Shown piece after piece: positions 28,322-36,933 of a stretch of DNA of 64,000 nt. Source of the DNA: an uncultured Spirochaetota bacterium (GTDB lineage: Bacteria; Spirochaetota; Brevinematia; Brevinematales; JAOACQ01); contig CAVYGN010000002.1 of the NCBI GenBank assembly GCA_963768055.1, positions 1,280,001 through 1,344,000 of the forward strand, written 5' to 3'. The position numbers were made by a program, and so were the translations under genes. The stretch's first letter is position 1, and each line of letters starts with the position of its first letter. The notes under the pieces are model-generated. The model made no database searches and was not told where the DNA came from. It was given only the letters and a program-made list of their open reading frames with translations.

Positions 28322-29539
28322 TTACCTATTAATTTCATTTTCAGGGAATTTTTTATTGAAAACAGCCATGTCGGGATCATTATCAACTGCCTTTCCGGTT
28401 ATGGATAAATACTGGATTGTATTGTTCGAATAGCATAAAACATTGATTAATTTCGAAAAAGCCTGTTCGGAGAAATTTTCATCATCCCGGAAATAAAAGT
28501 TTGTGATCCTATGATTATCTGAAATCATTTTTGAAAGCATGTCCATTTGATTATCGTTGATAATACAGTTTATAACATGGAAAGCTTCAATGTAACTTTT
28601 ATTCAGCCGGCTGAATAAAAAGCCGGCATTTTTATCGCCGAAAGTGCTTTTATTCATTATTAATGATTTGAGATTGCTTGAATAGGTAAAAGAATCAAAG
28701 AAGTAGCCCGCGTCAATGTTTGAGAAATCCGCCTGAGTTATATAAACGCTGTCGATTATAAGGGAATTTCTGATTAAATCTCCAAGAACTATCGAATCAT
28801 AATTTAAGTCATTCGTATCTGTGTCAATTAAATAAGTAGAATTGAAGAAAATCAGGTCATATGGAATAGTTAGGTTGTCCTCGAATTTATAGGGGATCCT
28901 CAGCATTTTCCTGTCGATTCTGAAAAAATTCAGGAATTTTTTATAGACGGGAAGATTATTATTATAACAGGAATTAAGATAAATATTTACATTGTCCTCC
29001 CAGGGGCTTTTTTTATCGAGATCGATTAAATTGATCTTATTGCTTTTATCTGAGATAGTTTTTTTCAGCAGCTCTTTGCCCTTATCGGCTATAGAACAAT
29101 TTCGAAATTCTACTGTCTTGATCGTATTATTTACGTTTAATAGATCCGATAGCATTTTTGCCCCGACATCGCCGATAAAGTTGCCGTCTAAAACAAGATA
29201 AACGACTGTTTTATTTATCCTCAAGGAATAAAAAATCGGCTCGAATTCCCTGAATGTAAGTCCGAAATTTCTTAAGTTTATCCGTATTTTCCCTTCGCCG
29301 ATCTGGTCCTCGAAATTTGTAATTTCCTTTATCTGATCGTTTGTGCATTGATTTTTATAGATCTGCACCGTTAAATTGATATTTTCGCTTATGCCGGGGA
29401 TATTTTTATCTGCATTCGGATACATTATCGATTCGGCAATCCAATCCAAACTTAACCAATCAGGCAAACCAGTACAAAATGCCGGATTGATAAAAATGAT
29501 GAATAATAATACTATGGGAATTACCTTGGCAATTTTCAT
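28322..29539 (-). CDS. Secreted leucine-rich-repeat protein (RI-like)
   Basis: Signal peptide; LVLDGNFIGDVGAKMLSDLLNVNNTIKTVEFRNCSIADKG repeats. Confidence 0.75.
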   Translation of the reverse strand: MKIAKVIPIVLLFIIFINPAFCTGLPDWLSLDWIAESIMYPNADKNIPGISENINLTVQIYKNQCTNDQIKEITNFEDQIGEGKIRINLRNFGLTFREFEPIFYSLRINKTVVYLVLDGNFIGDVGAKMLSDLLNVNNTIKTVEFRNCSIADKGKELLKKTISDKSNKINLIDLDKKSPWEDNVNIYLNSCYNNNLPVYKKFLNFFRIDRKMLRIPYKFEDNLTIPYDLIFFNSTYLIDTDTNDLNYDSIVLGDLIRNSLIIDSVYITQADFSNIDAGYFFDSFTYSSNLKSLIMNKSTFGDKNAGFLFSRLNKSYIEAFHVINCIINDNQMDMLSKMISDNHRITNFYFRDDENFSEQAFSKLINVLCYSNNTIQYLSITGKAVDNDPDMAVFNKKFPENEINR

Positions 29540-29558
29540 AAACCGCTCCCATTGATTT

Positions 29559-29719
29559 TTATACTTTGCAGTTGCTTTTTCTCAGGCAGATTGCGCACCT
29601 TTCGCAGCTGCAAAACCCGCATTCGTAGCAGTCCCTGCAGTCATGCTTTTTTTCTTCGCAGGTTCTTCATCGGGAGTATAAACCAGGCCGGTGACACCGG
29701 GCATTTCGACAAAAGCCAT
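29559..29719 (-). pseudogene. Small Cys-rich (8 Cys) protein, frameshifted at an A7 run as sequenced
   Basis: GGAG RBS, MAFVEMPGVTGLVYTPDEEPAKKK then, in the -1 frame, HDCRDCYECGFCSCERCAICLRKSNCKV*. Confidence 0.6.
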
Positions 29720-29759
29720 TTTTACTCCATTTTTATTGACATACTGGAAATCAACAGGC

Positions 29760-31640
29760 TCACTTCTTTATAGCAATGACAACACCTTCCTCGACAGGCA
29801 AAAAGAGCGTCTCGAAGCCGCTTCCCCGAGCCAGTTCCTCGTTGAAGAGCCTGAGGAGCATAACTGCTTCCCTTCTCTCCGGAGACCCATCGAAAAGAAA
29901 ATTATCGGCGAATAATACGCCGCCCTTTTTCATCCTTTTTTTCAACAATTCGAGATAAGCCGGGTAGTCCCTCTTTTGAGCGTCGAGGAAAACAAAATCG
30001 TAAATTTCATTGCTGTTAGACAGGAAATCCATGGCGTCGCCGTTAATGATCGATAGACGGGGATTGCCCCCGAAAAGCTGTTTGGCTTTAAGATACCTCT
30101 TTAAGTCTCTTTCGATCGTGGTGATCCTGGCGGCCGGGCCTATGCCCCTTATTATCCACAGGGTCGAATAGCCGCTTCCCGTCCCTATCTCTAGAATATT
30201 CCGGGGTCCGGCGAGCCTGATAAAAAAGTAAAGGAGCCTGGCGGAAACCGGCCTTAAAACCGGAATATCCTGCCTCACCGCCTCGTCAAAGAGCTCTTCC
30301 CATTCAGGGATGTCGAGGCAGCCGTTAAGAAATGCGGCGTATTCACACCTTCCCGTCGAAATATTTTCAAGCACCTTATCGATAATTTGAAAAGACCCTG
30401 TAAATATGTTCAATAATCCCTCTTCATGCGAAACCGGGGGTATCGAAGCGCTGTACTCCGACTGGGGCAGGCGGGATACCAGTTCGAATAAAGCCTTGCC
30501 GCCGCTCATCCTTGGCGATGGAAAATCAAAAACAATTATCTTTCGGAACATTTTTTCGTTTGCAATGATTTTTTCCGCGATCCTCCGAAGTTCCTTGTCC
30601 GATAGAATTCCTATATGAAGCGTCACAAGCGCCGGTCTGAAATATTCCTTAACTGTTTTAAAAAGGCTTTCAAGGGAACTGTCGTTATGGGCGACATCGA
30701 TGAGGCAGTCACCCCGCTTTTCCATTCTGAAAGGAATGCGTATCCTGGCAGTCTCCCGGATGGACTTTTCTGAAAACTCCAGTCCGGCTGCGGCCAGGGC
30801 CAACACGGAAAGCAGGAAATTTTCAACGAAAACATCCCCTGGCTGTGAAATATAAATATTTTCGAAGCCGCTCTCTTTTTTTCCCGATTTCATCCTGAAA
30901 TCAAAAATCCCTCCGCGAGGATTTCGTTCTTTTATTTTATAGCTTATATAATCAGGAAAATAATATAATCGGGAACCCTTTAATTTAGCCTCTTCACTCA
31001 CCCTTTCCAGGGCTTCATCCGGCAGAAAGGATGCGGCAGTCGGCCTTTTTTCTTTTATTATGCCGGCTTTTTCCCCTGCTATTTCTTTAAGTGAACTGCC
31101 GAGAAGGGCTGTATGGTCGTACCCGATGGAGCTTATTACAGATACCTCGGGCATGCAGAAATTAGTGGAATCCAGCCTTCCTCCGAGGCCGGTTTCAAGC
31201 ACGGCCCAGCTGCAGCGGTTATCTATGAAATAAACCATCGCCAGAAATGTCAGTATGTCGAAATAAGTGGGTTTTTCACTTTCCCTGTATTCATTGATGA
31301 AAGTGGAATGTTTTTCAATAAGATGAACGAGTTCCGTATCAGATATCGGTTCCCTGTTTATGCTGAACCGTTCGTTAATTCTGAGTACATGCGGGGATGT
31401 ATAGAGGCCGATTTTATCTTTTCCGCATGACTCGAGTAAAGAACATGTGTAGTGGGCGGTGCTGCCTTTGCCTTTTGTACCCGCTATATGTACGATCCTG
31501 ACCCCCCCGGGGTCAAATCCCGCCCCGCCCAGCATTCTCCCGACCCTATCGGGGGTGTAATGCTCCGACCTGTATTTCCCGGGGGTATTTTCGCGGTTGA
31601 TAAAAGAGTCGAGAAATTCAAGGGCGTTTGCCATGGTCAT
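29760..31640 (-). CDS. folC: Folylpolyglutamate synthase/dihydrofolate synthase fused to a class I O-methyltransferase
   Basis: HIAGTKGKGST, YTSPH, ETGLGGRLDSTN, IGYDH, DVAHN; C-terminal LEIGTGSGYS, FLDAQK, ADN. Confidence 0.88.
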   Translation of the reverse strand: MTMANALEFLDSFINRENTPGKYRSEHYTPDRVGRMLGGAGFDPGGVRIVHIAGTKGKGSTAHYTCSLLESCGKDKIGLYTSPHVLRINERFSINREPISDTELVHLIEKHSTFINEYRESEKPTYFDILTFLAMVYFIDNRCSWAVLETGLGGRLDSTNFCMPEVSVISSIGYDHTALLGSSLKEIAGEKAGIIKEKRPTAASFLPDEALERVSEEAKLKGSRLYYFPDYISYKIKERNPRGGIFDFRMKSGKKESGFENIYISQPGDVFVENFLLSVLALAAAGLEFSEKSIRETARIRIPFRMEKRGDCLIDVAHNDSSLESLFKTVKEYFRPALVTLHIGILSDKELRRIAEKIIANEKMFRKIIVFDFPSPRMSGGKALFELVSRLPQSEYSASIPPVSHEEGLLNIFTGSFQIIDKVLENISTGRCEYAAFLNGCLDIPEWEELFDEAVRQDIPVLRPVSARLLYFFIRLAGPRNILEIGTGSGYSTLWIIRGIGPAARITTIERDLKRYLKAKQLFGGNPRLSIINGDAMDFLSNSNEIYDFVFLDAQKRDYPAYLELLKKRMKKGGVLFADNFLFDGSPERREAVMLLRLFNEELARGSGFETLFLPVEEGVVIAIKK

Positions 31641-31706
31641 TTTATTATCCTTTTATTGATTGAATATTTTAAAGGAATACCCGGGATTTATCAATACTTC
31701 AGTCTG

Positions 31707-31780
31707 CAGTCGATAGTCGACACTCGATAGTCGGTAGCATTATGGCCGGCTGTTGACTTTCGACCGATGACTGTCGACTG
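31707..31780. repeat. Imperfect hairpin built of ~7-bp AGTCGAT-like units
   Basis: cagtcgatagtc...gactgtcgactg; related motif at 60343-60366. Confidence 0.55.
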
Positions 31781-31864
31781 ATTATATATTTTGCTTTATT
31801 TTTTATAAAAACCATGTTAGAATATATGTAGGTATTGGGGGTAATAGCGGGGGAGGAGGAATAA

Positions 31865-32275
31865 ATGAAAAGGGCCATTTATTTTTGCGTTTTATGCCTG
31901 CCTTTGTCGTTTATCTTATATTGCAGTATAACTAACGATAATTCAAGGATCGAGGGAAACTGGTGGCAGAACAATAATGTCAGCCCGGGCAGCACGGTTT
32001 CCGCCGAAACTAAAGAGGGTTCGTCGAACCAGATTGTATTCGGCGCCGACAGGAGTTACAGTTCTTTAAACCCTTTTACCGGAGAACAGCAGACAGGCAC
32101 CTGGACAATCGATCCGACTATGCGCGTCATAACAGTTTACATTAATCCTTTGGCCGGAAACAGCAATTCCAACAACCTTGTCATATCGAACAGGTATGAT
32201 TTTCCTGAAAGCGGTATGTTAAAGCTTATCAATCCTTCCAATTCTTCTTATTTTATCGTGTTAAAACGCGGCTGA
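31865..32275 (+). CDS. Putative lipoprotein, lipocalin-like
   Basis: Hydrophobic leader ending ILYC; IEGNW and GTWTID motifs. Confidence 0.65.
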   Translation: MKRAIYFCVLCLPLSFILYCSITNDNSRIEGNWWQNNNVSPGSTVSAETKEGSSNQIVFGADRSYSSLNPFTGEQQTGTWTIDPTMRVITVYINPLAGNSNSNNLVISNRYDFPESGMLKLINPSNSSYFIVLKRG

Positions 32276-32280
32276 CCCTT

Positions 32281-34017
32281 TTAGAAACCGAGACGCTTGA
32301 ACTGCTTTTCTATATCATGTTTTGAAATACTGAATGCGACCGGCCTCCCATGGGGGCATGAGAAACGGTTCGGGGTATCTTCCCAATCACTTATAAGCGA
32401 TATCGCTTCCTCCCTGGAAATCGATTCTCGGGCGCGGACTGACCGTTTGCAGGCCATTTGCTTCATCGCCTTATCTATGAAATCTATGGATTTCGCTCCC
32501 GGATTATCCTCCAGGGTCTCTATGAATCCGGTCAGAGCGTCGGCCGCGTCTCTGTAATCGATGAATGGCGGCGCTGCGCTGATCAGAAACCTCGGTCCCC
32601 CGAAGTGTTCGACAGAAAAGCCCATAGACTGGAGAATGGGAAGGTTATCGATCAGATCATCAACGATGCCGGTGGGAACGTCGACGTTTACCGGGTTAAG
32701 AAATTCCTGAGCCTCCAGAAGGTGCTTTTCAAAACTATCCTTTAATTTTTCGTAATTGATCCTTTCATGCGCGGCATGCTGGTCGATCATTATCATCTCT
32801 TCTTCATTTTCGAATAAAAGATATGTCATAAACACGGCGCCGATATACCGGCATTCGGAAACTCTAACCGCCCTCCCGGGTTTAAAGAGGCCGGGATCGG
32901 GGCCGGCGGCATTTGGCGCGGCAGGAGTGTAAGCTCCGTCTTTATTTACCATAAAGTTTGAGATCGCGGCGCTTATCCGTGCTTCGAAGGGAGTAAAACG
33001 GACCTCTCCGTCATCGCTTTCATTTATTCCAGTATTTGAATAGAGAGATTTTTTTATGGCGTCTCCCACAGCCTTCGTTATAATAGCCTCTTCCCTGAAG
33101 CGGACCTCTTTTTTCATTGGATGAACATTAACGTCTATATATGAGGGGTTGATTGTGAGAAATATAAAAGCGCCGGGATAATATCCCTTGGGAATGAGAT
33201 TGCCATAGGCATTGCTGATCAGGAAAAAGAAATTTCTCCATTCCACGGCCCTTCTGTTCACATAAAAGGCCTGGTACATCCTGTTAGGCCGCAGGAAAAC
33301 CGGTTTTGTAACAAATCCTGTGACGTTGAAATTTTCACCCATTCCCTCGACAGGGATAAGATGCGCGGCTGCGTCGGAATAAAAATCAGCTATTCTCTCA
33401 AGATGGGTCGTTTTTTTCGGTGAAATATATTTTCTTTTTCCCTCTGAAATAAATTCGAAACTGATCTCAGGGAACGCCAGGGCTTTTTTTACTATTTCCT
33501 TTTCCAGCATTTTTTGTTCGGAACTGGACCCGGAAAGAAATTTTTCCCGTGCGGGAAGGTTGTAAAAGAGATCTTTAACTATAACTGTTGTGCCTGTGTT
33601 CATTCCCGTCTCGTCGATCGGCAGTGTTTTACCGTCCCTTATTTCCAGGTGAAAACCCCCGGGCGAGCCTTCGCGCCTTGATAGTATGGAAACCCGGGAC
33701 ACTTCTGTAATGCTGGATAGGGCTTCGCCCCTGAAACCGAGGGTCTTCAAGGAGTCGATATCTTCGAAAACGGATATTTTACTCGTCGCATGATTTTTTG
33801 TGCATAACGCGAGATCGTCTTTGTCCATTCCCCTGCCGTTATCCTGGACCTCAATATAGGTTTTTCCCCCGTTTGAGACCCCGACCGAAATCCTGTCTGC
33901 GCCGGCATCAATGGAATTATCGAGGAGCTCCCTGACCACGGACGCAGGCCTTTCTATGATTTCGCCCGCTGCGATCTTGACGACTGTATTGTAATCCAGT
34001 TCATGGATCAAGCCCAC
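32281..34017 (-). CDS. mutL: DNA mismatch repair protein MutL
   Basis: IAAGEIIERPASVVRELLDN, GFRGEAL, DVNVHP.K.EV, DQHAAHERI, ACK, CPHGRP. Confidence 0.98.
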   Translation of the reverse strand: MGLIHELDYNTVVKIAAGEIIERPASVVRELLDNSIDAGADRISVGVSNGGKTYIEVQDNGRGMDKDDLALCTKNHATSKISVFEDIDSLKTLGFRGEALSSITEVSRVSILSRREGSPGGFHLEIRDGKTLPIDETGMNTGTTVIVKDLFYNLPAREKFLSGSSSEQKMLEKEIVKKALAFPEISFEFISEGKRKYISPKKTTHLERIADFYSDAAAHLIPVEGMGENFNVTGFVTKPVFLRPNRMYQAFYVNRRAVEWRNFFFLISNAYGNLIPKGYYPGAFIFLTINPSYIDVNVHPMKKEVRFREEAIITKAVGDAIKKSLYSNTGINESDDGEVRFTPFEARISAAISNFMVNKDGAYTPAAPNAAGPDPGLFKPGRAVRVSECRYIGAVFMTYLLFENEEEMIMIDQHAAHERINYEKLKDSFEKHLLEAQEFLNPVNVDVPTGIVDDLIDNLPILQSMGFSVEHFGGPRFLISAAPPFIDYRDAADALTGFIETLEDNPGAKSIDFIDKAMKQMACKRSVRARESISREEAISLISDWEDTPNRFSCPHGRPVAFSISKHDIEKQFKRLGF

Positions 34018-34835
34018 AATTCATTCCTCTTGTTTAACTTTAAAGAAATGTATATCCCCGAAGCCCCTATAAGGATCATAGGAATGCATAGAACCATTCC
34101 CATCGTAAGCCAGCCCCAGGCGAGGTAGCCTAGCTGGGCGTCAGGCTCCCTGAAAAATTCCACAAATCCCCTGAAAAATCCGTAACCTAAGAAAAAAGAG
34201 GAAATTAAGAGGCCCCTGGGCTTATGTTTCAGCCTGGATATAAATAATAGTATTATGAACAGTAGAAGCCCTTCCAGGGCCATTTCGTAAAGCTGGGAGG
34301 GGTGCCGGGGAAGGCTCCCGGGAGCGTTCCGGAATATCATGCCCCATGGGACAGTTGTCGGCCGCCCCCAAAGTTCCCCGTTGACGAAATTTCCCCACCT
34401 CCCCAGAAAAAGGCAGAAAGGGACGGGAATTATGCAAATATCCGCAAAATCGAAGAAATTTTTTTTTCCGGCGGAAAGGTATATCCATCCCGAGGTAAGA
34501 ACCCCTATGAAAGCCCCATGGAAAGAAAGCCCCCCTTCCCAGATTTTAAAGATGTCCCCTGGGTTCTGCAGGTAATAGTTTAGATTATAAAAGAGAACGT
34601 AGCCGAGCCTTCCCCCGATTATCACTCCGAGAAATGTGTAAAAAATAATGTCCGAAAGTTCCGATTCGGTGATCTTTATCCTGCCCTTTTTTATCTGGAA
34701 ATAGATAAAAAAATAGGAGAACAGGAAGCCCAAAACGTACATAAGACTGTACCATCGTATGGCGAAAGGGCCCCATATCTGCAATATAAGGGGATTGATA
34801 TCAGGCTGGATTAGGGAAGCTGCGATTGGATTCAT
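34008..34835 (-). CDS. lgt: Prolipoprotein diacylglyceryl transferase
   Basis: IRWYSLMY, GGRLGY, GGLSFHG, GRWGNFVNGELWGR, RHPSQLYE, EFFREPD. Confidence 0.97.
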   Translation of the reverse strand: MNPIAASLIQPDINPLILQIWGPFAIRWYSLMYVLGFLFSYFFIYFQIKKGRIKITESELSDIIFYTFLGVIIGGRLGYVLFYNLNYYLQNPGDIFKIWEGGLSFHGAFIGVLTSGWIYLSAGKKNFFDFADICIIPVPFCLFLGRWGNFVNGELWGRPTTVPWGMIFRNAPGSLPRHPSQLYEMALEGLLLFIILLFISRLKHKPRGLLISSFFLGYGFFRGFVEFFREPDAQLGYLAWGWLTMGMVLCIPMILIGASGIYISLKLNKRNELWA

Positions 34836-35021
34836 AATATTCTCCTTATGTCGCCATAATTTTAATTAATATGTTAATAATAAGTCAAAATTTATATAAC
34901 ATTTAACTATAGGGCCCTTCTAATAACCGTCTTTTCACGCCGAGCAAGTCGGCACAAGGGCGGCAAGGTTTGGCCCATAGAGTTTATGCCCGTAGGGTGC
35001 GGTTTCATTACGATTTGAACA

Positions 35022-36806
35022 TTATTTATTAATGACATAGTTAGTTTTTGGAACCGCCCTATAGTCATTTTTCTTTCTCATCACCGGGCTCTTCGAAATG
35101 ACAGAAACGACCTTCATTTTCTGCCGTTCCTTTTTTTCCCGGTCTTTTTCCACAAAAAGCTTTTCTCCTGTAAACGGGTCGGTCCCGGTATAATACATGA
35201 CTGTCGAATAAGTAGAAGGCGTCGGGGTGAATATCTGGACCTGTTCGGGCCTGATGTGCAGCCCCTTTGATATGGAAATGCTTAAATTTCTCATCGAGGC
35301 TTCAGTGCACCCGGGATGGGCGGCGATGAAGTAATAAGTCAGAAACTGTTTTCTTCCCGTTTCATTATTTATACGGTCGAAAATATTTTTAAAAGAGATT
35401 ATTTTATCCCAGCCCGGCTTTCCCATAAGAGACAGAACACTGTCATCGCAGTGTTCGGGGGCAAGTTTCATCTGCCCTGACGTATGATCTTTAATCAAAA
35501 TCCTGAGATAGTCTTCGCCGTATTTCCTGTCAAGCAACACAAGGTCATGGCGGATTCCCGAAGTCACGAAAACATTGAAATTTCTTCCCTTTTCAGTTTT
35601 CATTTCTTTTAATTTCTTTAAGAGGCCGATCTGATTCTTATGTGAAAGCTTCAAATTCGGGCATGGCCGGGGAAAAAGGCAGGACCCGGATTCGCAGCCC
35701 GGGAGATCAGGCGGGCGGTTGCAGCCGGTGCCGTACATATTAGCCGTCGGGCCGCCGGCAAGCTGCAGCGTTCCCCTGAAATAAGGGTGTTTAATAAAGG
35801 AAGCCGCTTCTTTCAATATGGAATCCTCGCTCCTTGAAACGACGGTCCTGCCCTGGTGTACGGAAATGGAACAAAAACGGCATCCCCCGTAGCACCCCCG
35901 GTGTGTGGCGATTGAAAACCTTATAGTTTCAATAGCGCGCACCTCGCCCATTTTTTTATAAAAAGGATGTACGTCTCGTTCATAACCGATATTATAAACC
36001 TCGTCGAGTTCCTCTCCTGTTGAAGGCGGTGAAGGGGGATTATGAACCAGGAACCTGTTCCCGGTTCTCTGGAGAAGGCCTGTGCTGCTTAAATCTCCGC
36101 AATTAGAATAAAAAATCCTGAACATATCGATGAATTTCTGCTTGTCTTGAAGCACCTCATCGTAATCCGGCAGCCTTATGTAATCCTTAAAAATACCTGT
36201 TTCCTTTTCACCTGAAATAAAACATATCCCTTTGATATCGTTCCAGGGCTTATTATCTTTCAAGCGCTCTGCGAGAAGAACGGCCTGCTTTTCTCCCATT
36301 CCGTAGATTAGAATGTCGGCCTTTGAATCGAATAAAACCGGCCTTCTTATCGCATCGTCCCAGTAGTCGTAATGAGCAATACGGCGGAGGCTGGCTTCGA
36401 TCCCGCCGAGCACGATAGGCTTTGTATTTTTGTAATACCTTCTTATAAGGTTAACGTAGGCGATGAGAGCCCTGTCCGGTCTTTTATTATTAATGCCGCA
36501 GGGTGTAAAATCGTCGGTGCGTCTTTTTTTTAAAGAAGGTGTGTAATTTGCGACCATGGAATCGACACAACCTGCGCTTACGCCCCAGTAAAGCGAGGGT
36601 TCTCCCAGCCTGGTAATATCTCCGGGGCTTTTTATATCCGGCTGGGAAATAATTCCAACCCTAAAGCCTTTTTTAATGAGAAGTTGGCCGATTATGGCGC
36701 ATCCGTCGAAAGGACTGTCAATGTATGCGTCGCCGCTGACAAGGATAATATCAAGGGTTTTCCAGCCCAACCCGGCGAGCTCTTCAGGTGTTGTCGGTAT
36801 GAACAT
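35022..36806 (-). CDS. YgiQ-family radical SAM protein
   Basis: SGDAYIDSP, DSMVANYT, GGIEASLRRIAHYDYW, CYGGCRFC, YFIAAHPG, QVQIFTPTP; start moved to MFIPTT. Confidence 0.93.
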   Translation of the reverse strand: MFIPTTPEELAGLGWKTLDIILVSGDAYIDSPFDGCAIIGQLLIKKGFRVGIISQPDIKSPGDITRLGEPSLYWGVSAGCVDSMVANYTPSLKKRRTDDFTPCGINNKRPDRALIAYVNLIRRYYKNTKPIVLGGIEASLRRIAHYDYWDDAIRRPVLFDSKADILIYGMGEKQAVLLAERLKDNKPWNDIKGICFISGEKETGIFKDYIRLPDYDEVLQDKQKFIDMFRIFYSNCGDLSSTGLLQRTGNRFLVHNPPSPPSTGEELDEVYNIGYERDVHPFYKKMGEVRAIETIRFSIATHRGCYGGCRFCSISVHQGRTVVSRSEDSILKEAASFIKHPYFRGTLQLAGGPTANMYGTGCNRPPDLPGCESGSCLFPRPCPNLKLSHKNQIGLLKKLKEMKTEKGRNFNVFVTSGIRHDLVLLDRKYGEDYLRILIKDHTSGQMKLAPEHCDDSVLSLMGKPGWDKIISFKNIFDRINNETGRKQFLTYYFIAAHPGCTEASMRNLSISISKGLHIRPEQVQIFTPTPSTYSTVMYYTGTDPFTGEKLFVEKDREKKERQKMKVVSVISKSPVMRKKNDYRAVPKTNYVINK

Positions 36807-36933
36807 AATAATCTCTATCAGCATTTTAGCATTATATTGCTGAAATTGAAAGAAACCGAATTGTTTAGTTCGACCGCAGAAAATTAACCTCCGATTTTGT
36901 TGCAATTTTGATAGGTAGTATTAAAATTGTTAT

